Part shown: positions 39,103 to 49,617 of the stretch, in pieces | Numbering within the stretch: the first letter of the stretch is position 1 | How the letters are laid out: every line of letters starts with the position of its first letter | Source of the DNA: Acidobacteriota bacterium | GTDB lineage: Bacteria > Acidobacteriota > UBA890 > WLXD01 | Assembly (NCBI GenBank): GCA_965205505.1 | Contig: CBDBHB010000007.1 | Span: forward strand, 608,001 to 672,000 | Direction: 5' to 3' | Length of the DNA: 64,000 nt | Notes under the pieces: model-generated | The model's database searches: none | What the model was told of the DNA's origin: nothing | What the model saw: only the letters and a program-made list of their open reading frames with translations | Program-made: the position numbers and the translations under genes

Positions 39103-40561
39103 TGAATGAGCAATAGCTCTTCTTGCGGTGGAGTCAGATACTCGATTCCACTCTCCGTGGCTATCGTCTCCTCATGATCCCACCAGAGCAAGTACTGGTC
39201 CTTGCCTTCTGGGGCAGGCGACGGCATGTAGAAGAAATACTCGATGACGAAGTGGTGATTGGGGGCAAGGGGTATGTCCAACGCCCACTCCGGACCGTAG
39301 GAGCCTATTCTGGGGCCGAAGTAGGTCTCGACCGACCTGGCGCGCGCGCCTTTCATGTGGCCATGGGCGTCGATGCTCAGGTGGGTTTTCACGGGGTCAA
39401 AACCTGCCGAGTAAGCGGGGAAGTCGTTCTTCGGGACGACCATGTGCAATTGGTCATCCTGAACGATGATCCCTTCAGCGTCGAATCTCTGCTTGTAGGC
39501 TCGAACGATCTCACGAGGAGTCCGTCCTGACCGGATGGTCTCTGCCAGGATCTTGTCGATTTTCAAATACTCCGCCCAGAGCTTCTGGATCTCTGGAGGC
39601 GGCTCGGTCTCACCTTCACGGAGAACGTAGGCGTACATTCCGACGCTCGGGGCGGCAAGGATGTCGCCTCCCTCGACGACGCTGTTTTCCCAGCCCGGGC
39701 TCCTTCCCCTCTGTGACTGTCCCGTGCTCATCCGACGAAAGACCGTGACGCCTCCTCCCCGGGTTCTGGTTACACCCGGCACGACTCGCGCGAAGGCATC
39801 TCTTGCTCGCTCGGCTGCGTTCAGGCGCATTTGCCGGAGCAGCTCTATCTCGCTCGGTACCTTGTTGTGGATGTAGTCCATCATCACCCACTCCGACGAG
39901 ATCAGCCTGTCGGCGTATTCCTCTCCGAGCTCCTCCGCCAGCAGGAGGTAGTCCGTATACGAGATGCCGTCTGGCCGCCCCGAGCGCGTCGGCCACGTTC
40001 CCAGCTCACGCTTGAAATTCACCGCAATGCTTTGAGGGTCACGCGCCGCAACGAACTCTCTGAGGCCCTCGAATCGGAGATCGTACTCAGTCACCGGCTT
40101 GCCAACGGTTCCTGCACGCGAACCGAATCGCCGACGATGTCGAAGGCTCCGAGCACTTCCATCGGATCTTCATAGTCCGGGCTTCTCCAGTCGCGCTGTG
40201 AAGCTCCCCAGCGACGTCCGAGGATCGCGCGTTCGATGCGGTCGCCGCCGCGGTCCGTGAATACGAACACCCCGGAGGTGCTCCCCAGCTCCTGCGCACC
40301 GAACGGATCGCGAATCGCCTCTCTCATCACATGGATCCACATGTCGACATTGCGCTTCCGCATGACGTACGGAAGGACGAGATCGAATTTGTCGCGCCGA
40401 ATCTGATTGTTCTCTTCGACATATTGCGCAGCGTCGGCGTCCCGTTCCTGTGCTTGTGCCGTGGCTCGACCCTGAACAAGGAGGCCGGCCAACATGAGCA
40501 GACACAGGAAAGCCAACGAAGCCGTCCGCGAGCCCAATGAGATCCTCGGTTGCTCTTCCAT
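39099..40561 (-). pseudogene. Secreted M24 (Xaa-Pro aminopeptidase-like) protein split by a frameshift near 40095
   Basis: 5' ORF has a signal peptide and KFDLVLP.VMR..NVDMWI..RE; 3' ORF has LREFVAARDP..IAVN and EETIATESGIEYLTPPQEELLLI. One added base would join them. Confidence 0.7.
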
Positions 40562-40593
40562 ACTTTCCTCCTTCACGGTGGGTAGCCGTCGTG

Positions 40594-42324
40594 CTAGGAA
40601 TCGGTCTTCAGCAGGACGTTGCCTGCGAGGGCGCCCGCGTAGCGGCCGCTGTCGATGGCCACCACGCCGTTGACCAGCACGAATTCCACCCCCGTGGCGT
40701 ATCGATTGGCTCGAGCGTATGTGGCGTGATCGGAGATCGTGGTCGGGTCGAAGACCACGACATCGGCCTTGAAGCCTTCCAGAAGCAGGCCGCGATCTTC
40801 CATTCCCAGAAACTGCGCCGGCAGCGAGGTCATCTTGCGCACCGCGTCGGCGAGCGTCAGCAATCCCTCTTCGCGAACGTACCGTCGTAGCACAACGGAT
40901 TGACTCGCGAACGACCGTGGATGGGCACGCACCGGCGGGGCACCTTCGCCCACCGGGGCAAATCCGCCACCGTCGCTACTTATCATCACCCAGTCCTGAC
41001 CCATCGCGTGCCGCATATCGTCCGGCGACTGCGAGGCTGCCGCGTACAGCATGTCGGGTTCTTCGAGGGCCAAGTCGGCAACGATGTCGAAGCCGTCCCT
41101 GCCCTGTTGGTCAGCGATCTCATCGAGCGTCCTCTCGAGCAGCTCGGGATGTTTGTCGGTGACCTTGATGCGAAAGTCCTGCCAGCCCCAGCGCGCCACC
41201 CAGCTGGGATCTGCCCGGCGCGGCTCGTAGGTCGATTCGCGCAGTCGGGCGCGCAGCGCGTCATCGCGGAGCGCCTGCTGCAGCTCCGCTACGAACTCGC
41301 GCCGGGCCGCATTGCGTTCCCGTAGGGAAACGCCGGTAGCGAATACGCTCCGCCGCATCGCACTCCGCAAATCCGAGAGCGGCGCCAGATCGTCGGGAAT
41401 GTCGATCAGGTCGGTGATGAAATCGATCGGTGCGCCCTGGAGAAAGGGGTATTGATCGGCGGTGATCCGCACACCGCGCGCTCGCGCCTCGTTCACCATG
41501 GTTACGAGCCGGCGCATATCTCCCCAATTGTCGCGACCCGTGGCCTTCAGGTGGGTGATCTGCACCGGCACTCCAGCAGCTTCGCTGATGCGGATGATCT
41601 CGTCGGCAGCTTCGAGGATGCTCCCCGCCTCGTCGCGCATGTGCGAGATATACACGCCGCCGAACTCTGCCACTGGCTTGGTGACCTCGACGATCTCTTC
41701 GGTACTCACGTAAATGTTGAGCCCGCCGTACTCGAGCCCGGTGCTGATGCCCCAGGCACCCTCGCTCATTCCCCGCCTGGCGAGCGATCTCATCCGTGCC
41801 AGCTCTTCAGGGGTTGCCGGACGGAGATTGTCGTCGCCCATCACCTCACGCCGAATGGCATTGAACGGAACCATCATGACGGCGTTGGTGCCGATGCCGC
41901 CCGCTTCCCACCGGGCCTTGGTCTCCGCGACTAGGAAGCTGCCGGATCCGTCGCTACCCGTGCGCACCGTGGTGACACCCTGCACCAGGTAGTTGATTAT
42001 CGCGTTGGCGTCGGCGCTATCGAAGGCATCATCGACGTGGGTGTGCATATCGATGAAGCCTGGCGCGACCACCAGTCCCTGCGCGTCGATGATCCGGGTT
42101 GCGCTGCGCCCCACCAGATCGCCGATCTGGACGATCGTGGCGCCGCGGATGCCGACGTCGGCACGGAACCAGGGGTTGCCGGTGCCGTTGATGATCCTGC
42201 CGTTGGCGATCAGCAAGTCGAAGTCGTCGGCGGGCGCTTGCGCACCGCTGGCCGGAGCGATCGTTGCGGCGACGAGGGCAAGAAACAGCGTGAGGTGTCT
42301 CATTGGTCGGATAGTCTTCGCCAT
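40594..42324 (-). CDS. N-acyl-D-amino-acid deacylase (D-aminoacylase) family amidohydrolase
   Basis: VAPGFIDMHTH, SHMRDE, ITHLK, SSDG, HPRSF, AVRKMTSLPA. Confidence 0.92.
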   Translation of the reverse strand: MAKTIRPMRHLTLFLALVAATIAPASGAQAPADDFDLLIANGRIINGTGNPWFRADVGIRGATIVQIGDLVGRSATRIIDAQGLVVAPGFIDMHTHVDDAFDSADANAIINYLVQGVTTVRTGSDGSGSFLVAETKARWEAGGIGTNAVMMVPFNAIRREVMGDDNLRPATPEELARMRSLARRGMSEGAWGISTGLEYGGLNIYVSTEEIVEVTKPVAEFGGVYISHMRDEAGSILEAADEIIRISEAAGVPVQITHLKATGRDNWGDMRRLVTMVNEARARGVRITADQYPFLQGAPIDFITDLIDIPDDLAPLSDLRSAMRRSVFATGVSLRERNAARREFVAELQQALRDDALRARLRESTYEPRRADPSWVARWGWQDFRIKVTDKHPELLERTLDEIADQQGRDGFDIVADLALEEPDMLYAAASQSPDDMRHAMGQDWVMISSDGGGFAPVGEGAPPVRAHPRSFASQSVVLRRYVREEGLLTLADAVRKMTSLPAQFLGMEDRGLLLEGFKADVVVFDPTTISDHATYARANRYATGVEFVLVNGVVAIDSGRYAGALAGNVLLKTDS

Positions 42325-42337
42325 ACGGTCGAGCTGT

Positions 42338-43795
42338 CTACGATGATCTCTCGATCGCTTCGATCAACTTCGCGACAGCCACGTTGAGCGCCGCCTGTCC
42401 GGTCACGCTGCCTTGTGAGTGACTCAGTCGGGCAACTACCAGATCGTGGGTGGGCACGATGATGACCTGCTGTCCGCCGGCTCCGCTCATGTAATACGCG
42501 CTGCGCGGCGCGTTCCAGCGGCCATCGCTGTTGACCCAGAAAAGCCCACCGTACACCGGAGGGTCCCAGGCGGGTGCCGGCGTGCTCACGAAGTCCACCC
42601 ACCCCTCGGGCAGGATCCGCTCGCCCTCCCAGACGCCGTCCTGCAGGTACAGCAAACCAAGGCGTGCCCAGTTCCTCCCGGTGCCGTAGTCGTGACCCGT
42701 GAGAAGGAAGTTGCCGTAGGCGTCGGTCTCGAGCACCTGTTCGCGGATGCCTATGCGATCGAACAGAGCAGCCTGTGGCCAGGACAAGTAGCTCTCGCCC
42801 AGGCCCTCCACAGTTTGTCGGATGATGTACCCCAAGGTCAGCGGATCGGAGTTGCGATAGCGGCCCACGGTGCCCGGCGGAAACTCGGCGGGCACCGTGA
42901 TCGAAAGATTGAACGCGTCGATCGCCGCCGCGTATACGTAGAGGTGGTCGGGGACGCCGCGACCCCACTCGTAGGCCGGCTGGCTCGCATGGCTGAACCG
43001 CAAACCGGAGCTCATGCGCATCAGGTCGCTGACGGTGATCTGCCCGCGTGGATCCGCCGTGTCTTCGTGCCACAGCCCCACCGGCGCTGGACCGCCCAGA
43101 CTCAGGTGGCCCTGCTGAGCCAAGACACCGACCAGCGTGGCCGTGAGGCTCTTGCCCATCGACCAGCTCTCGAGCTGCGTGTTCTTGTCCGCACCCTGAC
43201 CGTAGCGCTCGGCGATGATCTGTCCCTCATGGACAGCCACGAACGCCGCCGTCAGCCCGTCGCCCTCGAAGGCGGCATCGACCGCCTGCCGGACCTTCGC
43301 TTGATCTAGCGCTTGAGACGGGGGCAGATCGGGGAGTCGGTCTCCCATCGGCCACGGCTGGTGCGCAGGATCCGGCAGCGAGCTCTCGACGGTCACGGGC
43401 TTGAAGAACACCTCATCCAGCCCGGCCGGCAAGATCACGCAGCCCTGATCGCCATGGTGCTTCGCCCGCCCGCTAAAGCCGTGCAGCGTGGCGCGCACGG
43501 TACGGGTATTCCTGTCGATGCTGAGCTCCGCGTCGGAGTCTTCTTCCGAGCGCGCCGCCAGCCGCTGCCAGTCGGCCTCCGGGAGAATTCGGCGCGCACT
43601 GTTGCGCAGCGCCTCGTCCACGTCACGTCCGGACACAAAGACCGCCGAACAGAGGATCTTGGCGACGCGATTCAGCGAGAATTCCTCTGATGCACGGGGT
43701 GCCTGACGGTGCCCCAGAGCGGACGACCAGACGACCGATGCGGATATCGAACCCGTGAGGATCAGTGCCGCGAAGCCGAGGCGTGCGACTCGCAT
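42338..43795 (-). CDS. Serine hydrolase, beta-lactamase/NylB-like
   Basis: SWSMGKS (SxxK), LMRMSSGL, YRN, GAGGQ; signal peptide. Confidence 0.9.
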   Translation of the reverse strand: MRVARLGFAALILTGSISASVVWSSALGHRQAPRASEEFSLNRVAKILCSAVFVSGRDVDEALRNSARRILPEADWQRLAARSEEDSDAELSIDRNTRTVRATLHGFSGRAKHHGDQGCVILPAGLDEVFFKPVTVESSLPDPAHQPWPMGDRLPDLPPSQALDQAKVRQAVDAAFEGDGLTAAFVAVHEGQIIAERYGQGADKNTQLESWSMGKSLTATLVGVLAQQGHLSLGGPAPVGLWHEDTADPRGQITVSDLMRMSSGLRFSHASQPAYEWGRGVPDHLYVYAAAIDAFNLSITVPAEFPPGTVGRYRNSDPLTLGYIIRQTVEGLGESYLSWPQAALFDRIGIREQVLETDAYGNFLLTGHDYGTGRNWARLGLLYLQDGVWEGERILPEGWVDFVSTPAPAWDPPVYGGLFWVNSDGRWNAPRSAYYMSGAGGQQVIIVPTHDLVVARLSHSQGSVTGQAALNVAVAKLIEAIERSS

Positions 43796-43819
43796 GTCGT
43801 CAGATCTCAGCCTCGGGGC

Positions 43820-45256
43820 TTAACGGCTGGGGTTCGCAATGAGCCAGGCGCGCCAGCGGGCGATGGCCTCCGCCTGCCGGTCGGGAGCCAGCGCGTCGAA
43901 CGCGAAGTCCTGACCGGTCGCTGCCTCGAGGGCCTCGTTGGCTTCGGCTTTCAGCAGCGCGGGATTGTCTCCCTCCATGAGCTGCAGGAGCGCGTCGTCG
44001 CCAAGCGTGCCGGCGTGGGTCACCAGGTTCTCCGCGGCGCGCAACCGAGCCCACGCGTCGGGAGCGTGAAAGGCGATCTCGTGCAACACGCTCAACGCGT
44101 CGGCTCCGGCAACCTGGCGCAGCGCCGCAACGTCGTCTTCCGTGAAGCTCACCCAACCCGAGGCCATGAGCTCGTGGATATCGACGCCCGACTCGGCGAT
44201 CACGCTCACCACCTGGGCGGCGGTGCCACTGCTGTTGCGCAGCTCGGCCAACGCCTGCGTGACGCGCTCCGCGCCGGTCGCCGGCGCCGCGGAGTCGGCA
44301 ACCGTGCTGGCGACGCTTCCCACGCCTCCGGTCAGCGGCGCGACGGCGCTGATCGGCGCGGTGCGGACGGCCACCAAGGTGGCGATCAGCGCCGCTATCG
44401 CGACGATTCCGACGCGCGCCAGGGCCGCGGCCGGCCGCGCCGCACTGGCCGTGTAGCGGGCCGTAGCTGCCAGCGCCATGGCGACGCCAAACACCCCGAC
44501 GACGGCCGGGCCGCTTGGCAGATCGTAGGCATACGAGAGCGCCAGGCCGATCATGCTCACGAGCATTCCGGTGGCCCAGCCGATCATCAGCCGCGACCGA
44601 ATCTGCGTGGCGAATAGCATGGCAATCACCGCAGGGATCACCAGGAACGAGAACACCAGCAGCACGCCGGCCATCGACACGCTCGATGTGATCACGAACC
44701 CGAACGACATGTAGAACAGGAAGTCCCACAGCCTCACGTTCCATCCCGACGCCTCGGCCTGAGCCGGGTTCATCGACAGCGCCAGGAAACGGTCGCGGTA
44801 CGCCCAGTGGAAGGCGCCGATGGCCGCGTAGATGGCGGCGGTGCCGAGAATCTTGCTCCACGGGACCCAGAGCAGGCTGCCGGCAAGCATGGCTTGGATC
44901 AGCTCGGACCCCTCGGGAGCGCGATCCGCGATGAGGATCGTCGCCGCGCTGGCAACCGCGAACGTGATCCCGATGATCGCCTCTTGAGGAACGCGTTGGT
45001 CCTTGAGTCGCGACAGCGAGAAGACGGTGGCGCCAAGAAAGGCAAAGGCCAGCGAGTACAGGTAGCCACCCGTGCCGGCGGCGTCGTACCCGAGCAGGAA
45101 GGCGAAGGTCGCACCCAGCGCAGCGACCTGCGCCAGCGCCAAGTCTACGAAGATCACGCCGCGCGCAACCACATGCAGCCCGAGATAGGTGTGAATCCCT
45201 GTCAGCACGAGGCAGGCCACGAACGGCGGCAGCAAGATCTCGAGCGCGAGCTCCAA
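43820..45256 (-). CDS. Metal ABC permease (ZnuB/MntB-like) with C-terminal HEAT-like extension
   Basis: GLHVVARGVIFVDLALAQVAALG, AGVLLVFSFLVIPA, DLPSG; extra ~160-aa helical tail. Confidence 0.88.
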   Translation of the reverse strand: MELALEILLPPFVACLVLTGIHTYLGLHVVARGVIFVDLALAQVAALGATFAFLLGYDAAGTGGYLYSLAFAFLGATVFSLSRLKDQRVPQEAIIGITFAVASAATILIADRAPEGSELIQAMLAGSLLWVPWSKILGTAAIYAAIGAFHWAYRDRFLALSMNPAQAEASGWNVRLWDFLFYMSFGFVITSSVSMAGVLLVFSFLVIPAVIAMLFATQIRSRLMIGWATGMLVSMIGLALSYAYDLPSGPAVVGVFGVAMALAATARYTASAARPAAALARVGIVAIAALIATLVAVRTAPISAVAPLTGGVGSVASTVADSAAPATGAERVTQALAELRNSSGTAAQVVSVIAESGVDIHELMASGWVSFTEDDVAALRQVAGADALSVLHEIAFHAPDAWARLRAAENLVTHAGTLGDDALLQLMEGDNPALLKAEANEALEAATGQDFAFDALAPDRQAEAIARWRAWLIANPSR

Positions 45257-45312
45257 CGTCTACCTCCGAGTGTCGATGCTCTGTTCGTCAGCGGCCAGGC
45301 GGACCCGCTACC

Positions 45313-46407
45313 TTACCCGGCGCAGTCCGGGAACGCGCCACGCAGCGCGCCGATCCACTCATCGTACAGATCGAGAATGTCGCCAGGTCCATCGGTGGCG
45401 CCGGGGTCCGGATACAGTGGCACAGTGAGCGGTATTGCGCCGGTGCGCTCCCCGATCAGCTCGGGCACTCGGCGACCGAAATAGTCCGCCACCCACAGGA
45501 CCCCGATCTTCTCGCGTCGGATCAGGTCCACGAGCTCGGCGACGTGCGCCGCCGACGGTGGGATCCCGGGGCGGCGCTCGACGTACGCGGCGATGTCGAT
45601 TCCGAACCTGTCCATCAAGTAGACCCAGTTCGGATGATACGCAACCAGCCGTTTGCCCCGCAGGCACGAGGCTTCGGCCATCCAGCCACCCAGGCGGTCC
45701 ACAAGCGGAGCGCCGCCGAGGGAGGTTGACTCGAGGAACGGCAGCAGCCGGTGGGCCATCTCGAGCTGTGCGAGCTTGTCGCCGCCAACCAGGCCGACGA
45801 GCTCCTCGCCGAAGAGCCGACGATGCACGAGCTCCTTGTAGGCGTCGAAGCGTTGCTGGTACAGGCCGGCGTTGCCCGGATCGACGCGTTGCAAGCCGAC
45901 GCGGATGTTGTCGGCAAGGGTCACAGAGCGCAGCGGATCGGCGTGGACGTGCGGGTTTCCGTAGATATGGATGTCGCCGCCTGCCCGGCTCGGGTTGTCG
46001 GGCACGTCAAGCATCGGCACGCCGTTGGCCACCGCCACGAAGCCTGGCTCACCCGACCGCACCTGGCGATTGCGCGACTTGTCGACCACCGGAGCCAGCC
46101 AGAGCTCCAGGTCGAGCCCGGTGGCTATCAACAGGTCGGCGCGGCCGATGCGGATCGAATAGCTCGGCTTCGGCTGCACGAAATGGGCATCCTGGTGGGC
46201 GCTTGCGATCGACCCGATCTCGGCGTCGTCCGCCAGTAGGTGGCGGGCGATGGCCTCATACGCCGGTAGCGTAGCGACGACCCGGAGCCCTTGCTGGGCT
46301 GCGTCGGCGATACCGCGCTGGGCTGCGTCGGCGATGCCGAGCGCGCTTGCGCCGATGAGGGCGGTCGCGACAAGTGCCGCTGCGGCGATTGGATACTTTT
46401 GGTACAT
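45313..46407 (-). CDS. Metal ABC substrate-binding protein (ZnuA/TroA-like)
   Basis: QDAHFV.PKPS, GLDLE.WL, GDIH..GNPH, YHPNW.Y, E.RPGIPPS; ATG overlaps the upstream stop. Confidence 0.9.
   Translation of the reverse strand: MYQKYPIAAAALVATALIGASALGIADAAQRGIADAAQQGLRVVATLPAYEAIARHLLADDAEIGSIASAHQDAHFVQPKPSYSIRIGRADLLIATGLDLELWLAPVVDKSRNRQVRSGEPGFVAVANGVPMLDVPDNPSRAGGDIHIYGNPHVHADPLRSVTLADNIRVGLQRVDPGNAGLYQQRFDAYKELVHRRLFGEELVGLVGGDKLAQLEMAHRLLPFLESTSLGGAPLVDRLGGWMAEASCLRGKRLVAYHPNWVYLMDRFGIDIAAYVERRPGIPPSAAHVAELVDLIRREKIGVLWVADYFGRRVPELIGERTGAIPLTVPLYPDPGATDGPGDILDLYDEWIGALRGAFPDCAG
46293..46339. repeat. 24-bp in-frame tandem duplication (GIADAAQR/GIADAAQQ)
   Basis: Seen in the sequence at the signal peptide cleavage region. 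Confidence 0.8.
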
Positions 46408-47915
46408 CAATACTTCTCGTGCTTGTGTGGCCCGAGAGCCCAGATTACCTGGATCGAGAAGCGGTTGTCGCGGTCTTTGTCCTCGAGGCGACGCGAACCA
46501 TAAGAATACTGGAAACGGAGCTTCGCCCACTCGCTCTGCCACCACTCGGCATACGGGGTGAGGCCCCAGACGCTCTCGCCAGGCTCGTCGGGCAGCTCGG
46601 TGAAGTCGCCCCGTAGGCCAATGCTCCAACGCGGTCCGAGCTTCCGAGTGGCAAACAGGTACCCGCCCCAGCTGCCGAGGACTCCGTCGGGCCTCTCACG
46701 GCGCTCGTAGAGAACTTCGCCGCGCAACTCGAGCCCCTTGTACCGGGCCTCAGCGGGTGGCGACCAGACGAGGTTGACGTCTGCGCCCAGCACCCAGCTG
46801 CGGAACCGGCCGTCGGCATCGTTGACGCCGGTCGCCGCCGACAGGCCGAGCTCGAAGTAGGTCGATGGCGACAGGTCCCAGTAGTTGGTTTCGTGCAACG
46901 TGATCACGGGAGTGTCGAACCCCCGTCCCGAGAACGCGACGTCGTTGTCGTCGTTGGTGACCTGGACCCACAGCTCGTTGTAATCGCCCAGGAAGGTTGG
47001 CGGCAGCCACGAGAGCGAGACGCCGAGGCCCGCCAGCCCTCCCTCGCCCAGGAACGCCCGATGCGCCAGCGGCCGGTCGACCTGCGGCAGGGCGTGGTTG
47101 TGCCAACGGTTCAACTTGCCGAAGTCGTTGCGGAACCTCCCGAACTTCACTCCCAGCCCACCGGGGAGCGTGGTCCAGTCGATATAGAGCTCCTCGGCGC
47201 CGACCTCGCCGTCCTCCTCGACGAGGAAGGCGCGCGCTTGCGAGAATGGATCGAGCGGCGCCTGGAACGCCACCTCGAACTCACCGAGTGTAAAGCGGTT
47301 CACCGTCGGGTCGCCCGACCGATCCGCCCAGGTGCCGAATACGTCGCCCGAGACGGAGATCTCGGGGTTGAGCTCGCGCATGTTGCGAGCCCGATCGGTG
47401 AACTGCCGATCGTCGGCCGTAGGTGCCGACGCCGGCGTGGCTGCTTCCTCCGGCTGGTCTTCCAAGGCGGCCAGGGCGCGCGCCAGCTCGTCCTGGAACG
47501 CGGCGCGCTCGGCGTTCTCCGGTGTCGGCGCGGCCTCCTGCCCGGCAGCGTCAGGCCGCATCTCTTGCGGTGCGATCAGGCGCTGCTCCAGCTCCTCGAG
47601 CCGGGTCCCGAAGCGCTCGTTCGTTTGCTGCAGCGACCGCTCCAAGGCGGCCACACGCGCCTCGAGGGCGGCGATACGCTCGGCATCACTTTGCTGCCGT
47701 GCGAGGGTGGTTGGCTGCGAGGCGTGCGCCGTCTGCGGACCGAGCCAGACGACCGCCGCGACCGCGGCTACCACCAAGCAGCCCTTGCGGGCCCGACCCG
47801 GACGATGCGCGCGACACACACCCGATGTTGACTTGCGCGGCTGACGAGGTGTCCGATTCCATACCCAGTGCATCATCCGATCGACTCCCGAGGTGGGTAG
47901 AACGAAGCTCCGCAT
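46407..47915 (-). CDS. Outer-membrane beta-barrel associated with metal uptake (start uncertain)
   Basis: Signal + coiled coil; LNPEISV.GD, FGKLNRWH.H, SEWAKLRFQY, C-terminal GPHKHEKY. Confidence 0.8.
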   Translation of the reverse strand: MRSFVLPTSGVDRMMHWVWNRTPRQPRKSTSGVCRAHRPGRARKGCLVVAAVAAVVWLGPQTAHASQPTTLARQQSDAERIAALEARVAALERSLQQTNERFGTRLEELEQRLIAPQEMRPDAAGQEAAPTPENAERAAFQDELARALAALEDQPEEAATPASAPTADDRQFTDRARNMRELNPEISVSGDVFGTWADRSGDPTVNRFTLGEFEVAFQAPLDPFSQARAFLVEEDGEVGAEELYIDWTTLPGGLGVKFGRFRNDFGKLNRWHNHALPQVDRPLAHRAFLGEGGLAGLGVSLSWLPPTFLGDYNELWVQVTNDDNDVAFSGRGFDTPVITLHETNYWDLSPSTYFELGLSAATGVNDADGRFRSWVLGADVNLVWSPPAEARYKGLELRGEVLYERRERPDGVLGSWGGYLFATRKLGPRWSIGLRGDFTELPDEPGESVWGLTPYAEWWQSEWAKLRFQYSYGSRRLEDKDRDNRFSIQVIWALGPHKHEKY

Positions 47916-48011
47916 AAGTGAGACCGATCATGTCATCCGGGCGACGCCGGAGCACGGCGCGCTGCATGCGGAGAGAAGCGGAAGCTCGGTGGGGGCGGGG
48001 TCGCCCCCTGC

Positions 48012-49617
48012 TCAGCCGGCGCAGGCCCTCTCCCACTGCTCGCGCAGCAACGAACTTCTTGATCTTGCCCGACGGGGTCAACGGAAACTCCTCGACCCGC
48101 ACCCACACCGAAGGCGTCTTCTGCGGCGACAGATGGTCGCGGCAATAACTGTGGAGCTCGACGTCGGCCGCGGGGTCGCCCGGATCGGCATCGCGCACGA
48201 AGGCGCCGACGACCTCGCCCCACTTGGCATCGGGCAGACCGACCACCACCGCGTCTGCGACCTTGGGGTGCTCGAACAACAGCTCTTCGATCTCGCGCGG
48301 ATAGATGTTCTCGCCGCCACGGATGATCATGTCCTTGAGCCGGCCGGTGATCGTAGTGTATCCGCGCTCGTCCATCGACACCAGGTCGCCGGTGCACAGC
48401 CACCCGTCGTCGTCGATCGTTTCAGCGGTCATCTCCGGCATCTCGAAGTAGCCCAGCATTACCAGATAACCACGCACGCAGAGCTCGCCCTCAATGCCAA
48501 TCGGCTGGGTCTTGCCGGTCTCCGGGTCGATCACCTTGATCTCGGTCTGCGGCAATACCGGGCCGAGCGTGCTGGCCTTGTCTTCATTGCTGTCGTCGAG
48601 GCGCATCAGGGTCACGCCCGGTGACGTTTCGGTCTGGCCGTAGATGATCGACAGGTCGACGCCCAGCGTGGTCTCGATGCGCCGCACCAGATCGGCCGGC
48701 ACCGTCGCTCCGCCCGAACACACGGTGCGCACGGTCGACAGGTCGACCTCGGAAAAGCTCGGGTGCTCCATCAAAGCGATCAGCACCGTCGGTACGCCCA
48801 GTAGGTGGGTGGCGCGCTCGCTCTCGGCAAGTTCCAGCATCAGGCCGGGTTCGAACTGCACCAGGTTGACCAGCTTGGCGTGCGCCTGGCAGGACCCGAG
48901 CACCGCGAGCACGCAGCCTGCGGTGTGAAAAAGCGGAAACGGATTGATGTAGACGGAGCGCGGATCGATGCGCAGTCGCTCAGCGAAGAAGCGGGCGTTG
49001 TTGGTGATGCCGCGATGGTGAAGGTAGGCGCCCTTGGGGAAACCGGTGGTGCCCGAGGTGTACTGAATCTGCGCCGGGTCACCAGGCTGCACCTCGGGCA
49101 GCTCGGCGTCGTCGTCGGCCGACGCCAAGAAAGCGTCGAACTCGTCGAGCGAGACAATCTCGCGCAGCTCCGGGAGATCGCCGACCACCTGCTGCAAGTG
49201 CTCGTGCATCGGATTGCCGCGGAAGGCGGGCGTGTAGAAGATGCCCGAGGACCGTGATTGGCCGAGCACGTACTCGAGCTCCTTGGCCTGGAAGGACGGA
49301 TTGACCGTCACCAGCACGACCCCGGCAAGCGCCGCCCCGTACTCCAGCAGCACCCACTCCGGGATGTTGGGTGCCCATACCGCAACCCGCTCACCCTTCT
49401 CGAAGCGCGCCGTCAGGGCGCCAGCGATGGTCTCGGCGTCGCGCAGCAGCTCGGCATAGGTCCAGCGCCGGCCGCCGCCGGGAGTGCCCTCGACCAGCGC
49501 CACGTTGTCGGGGGCGCGCGCTGCCGCATCGCGCAGAATCGAGGCCACGGTGGTCTCGAGCACCGGTGAGCTCTCGTCGGCAGCGACACAGCTCTCGCTG
49601 AGGGGAGCCTCGATCAT
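48012..49617 (-). CDS. Acyl-CoA synthetase (AMP-binding), with apparent +1 frameshift near 48050
   Basis: QYTSGTTGFPKG, YGQTE, TGDL, GRLKDMIIRGGENIYPREIE, PLTPSGKIKKF. The natural ending LREQWERACAG* lies in another frame. Confidence 0.88.
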
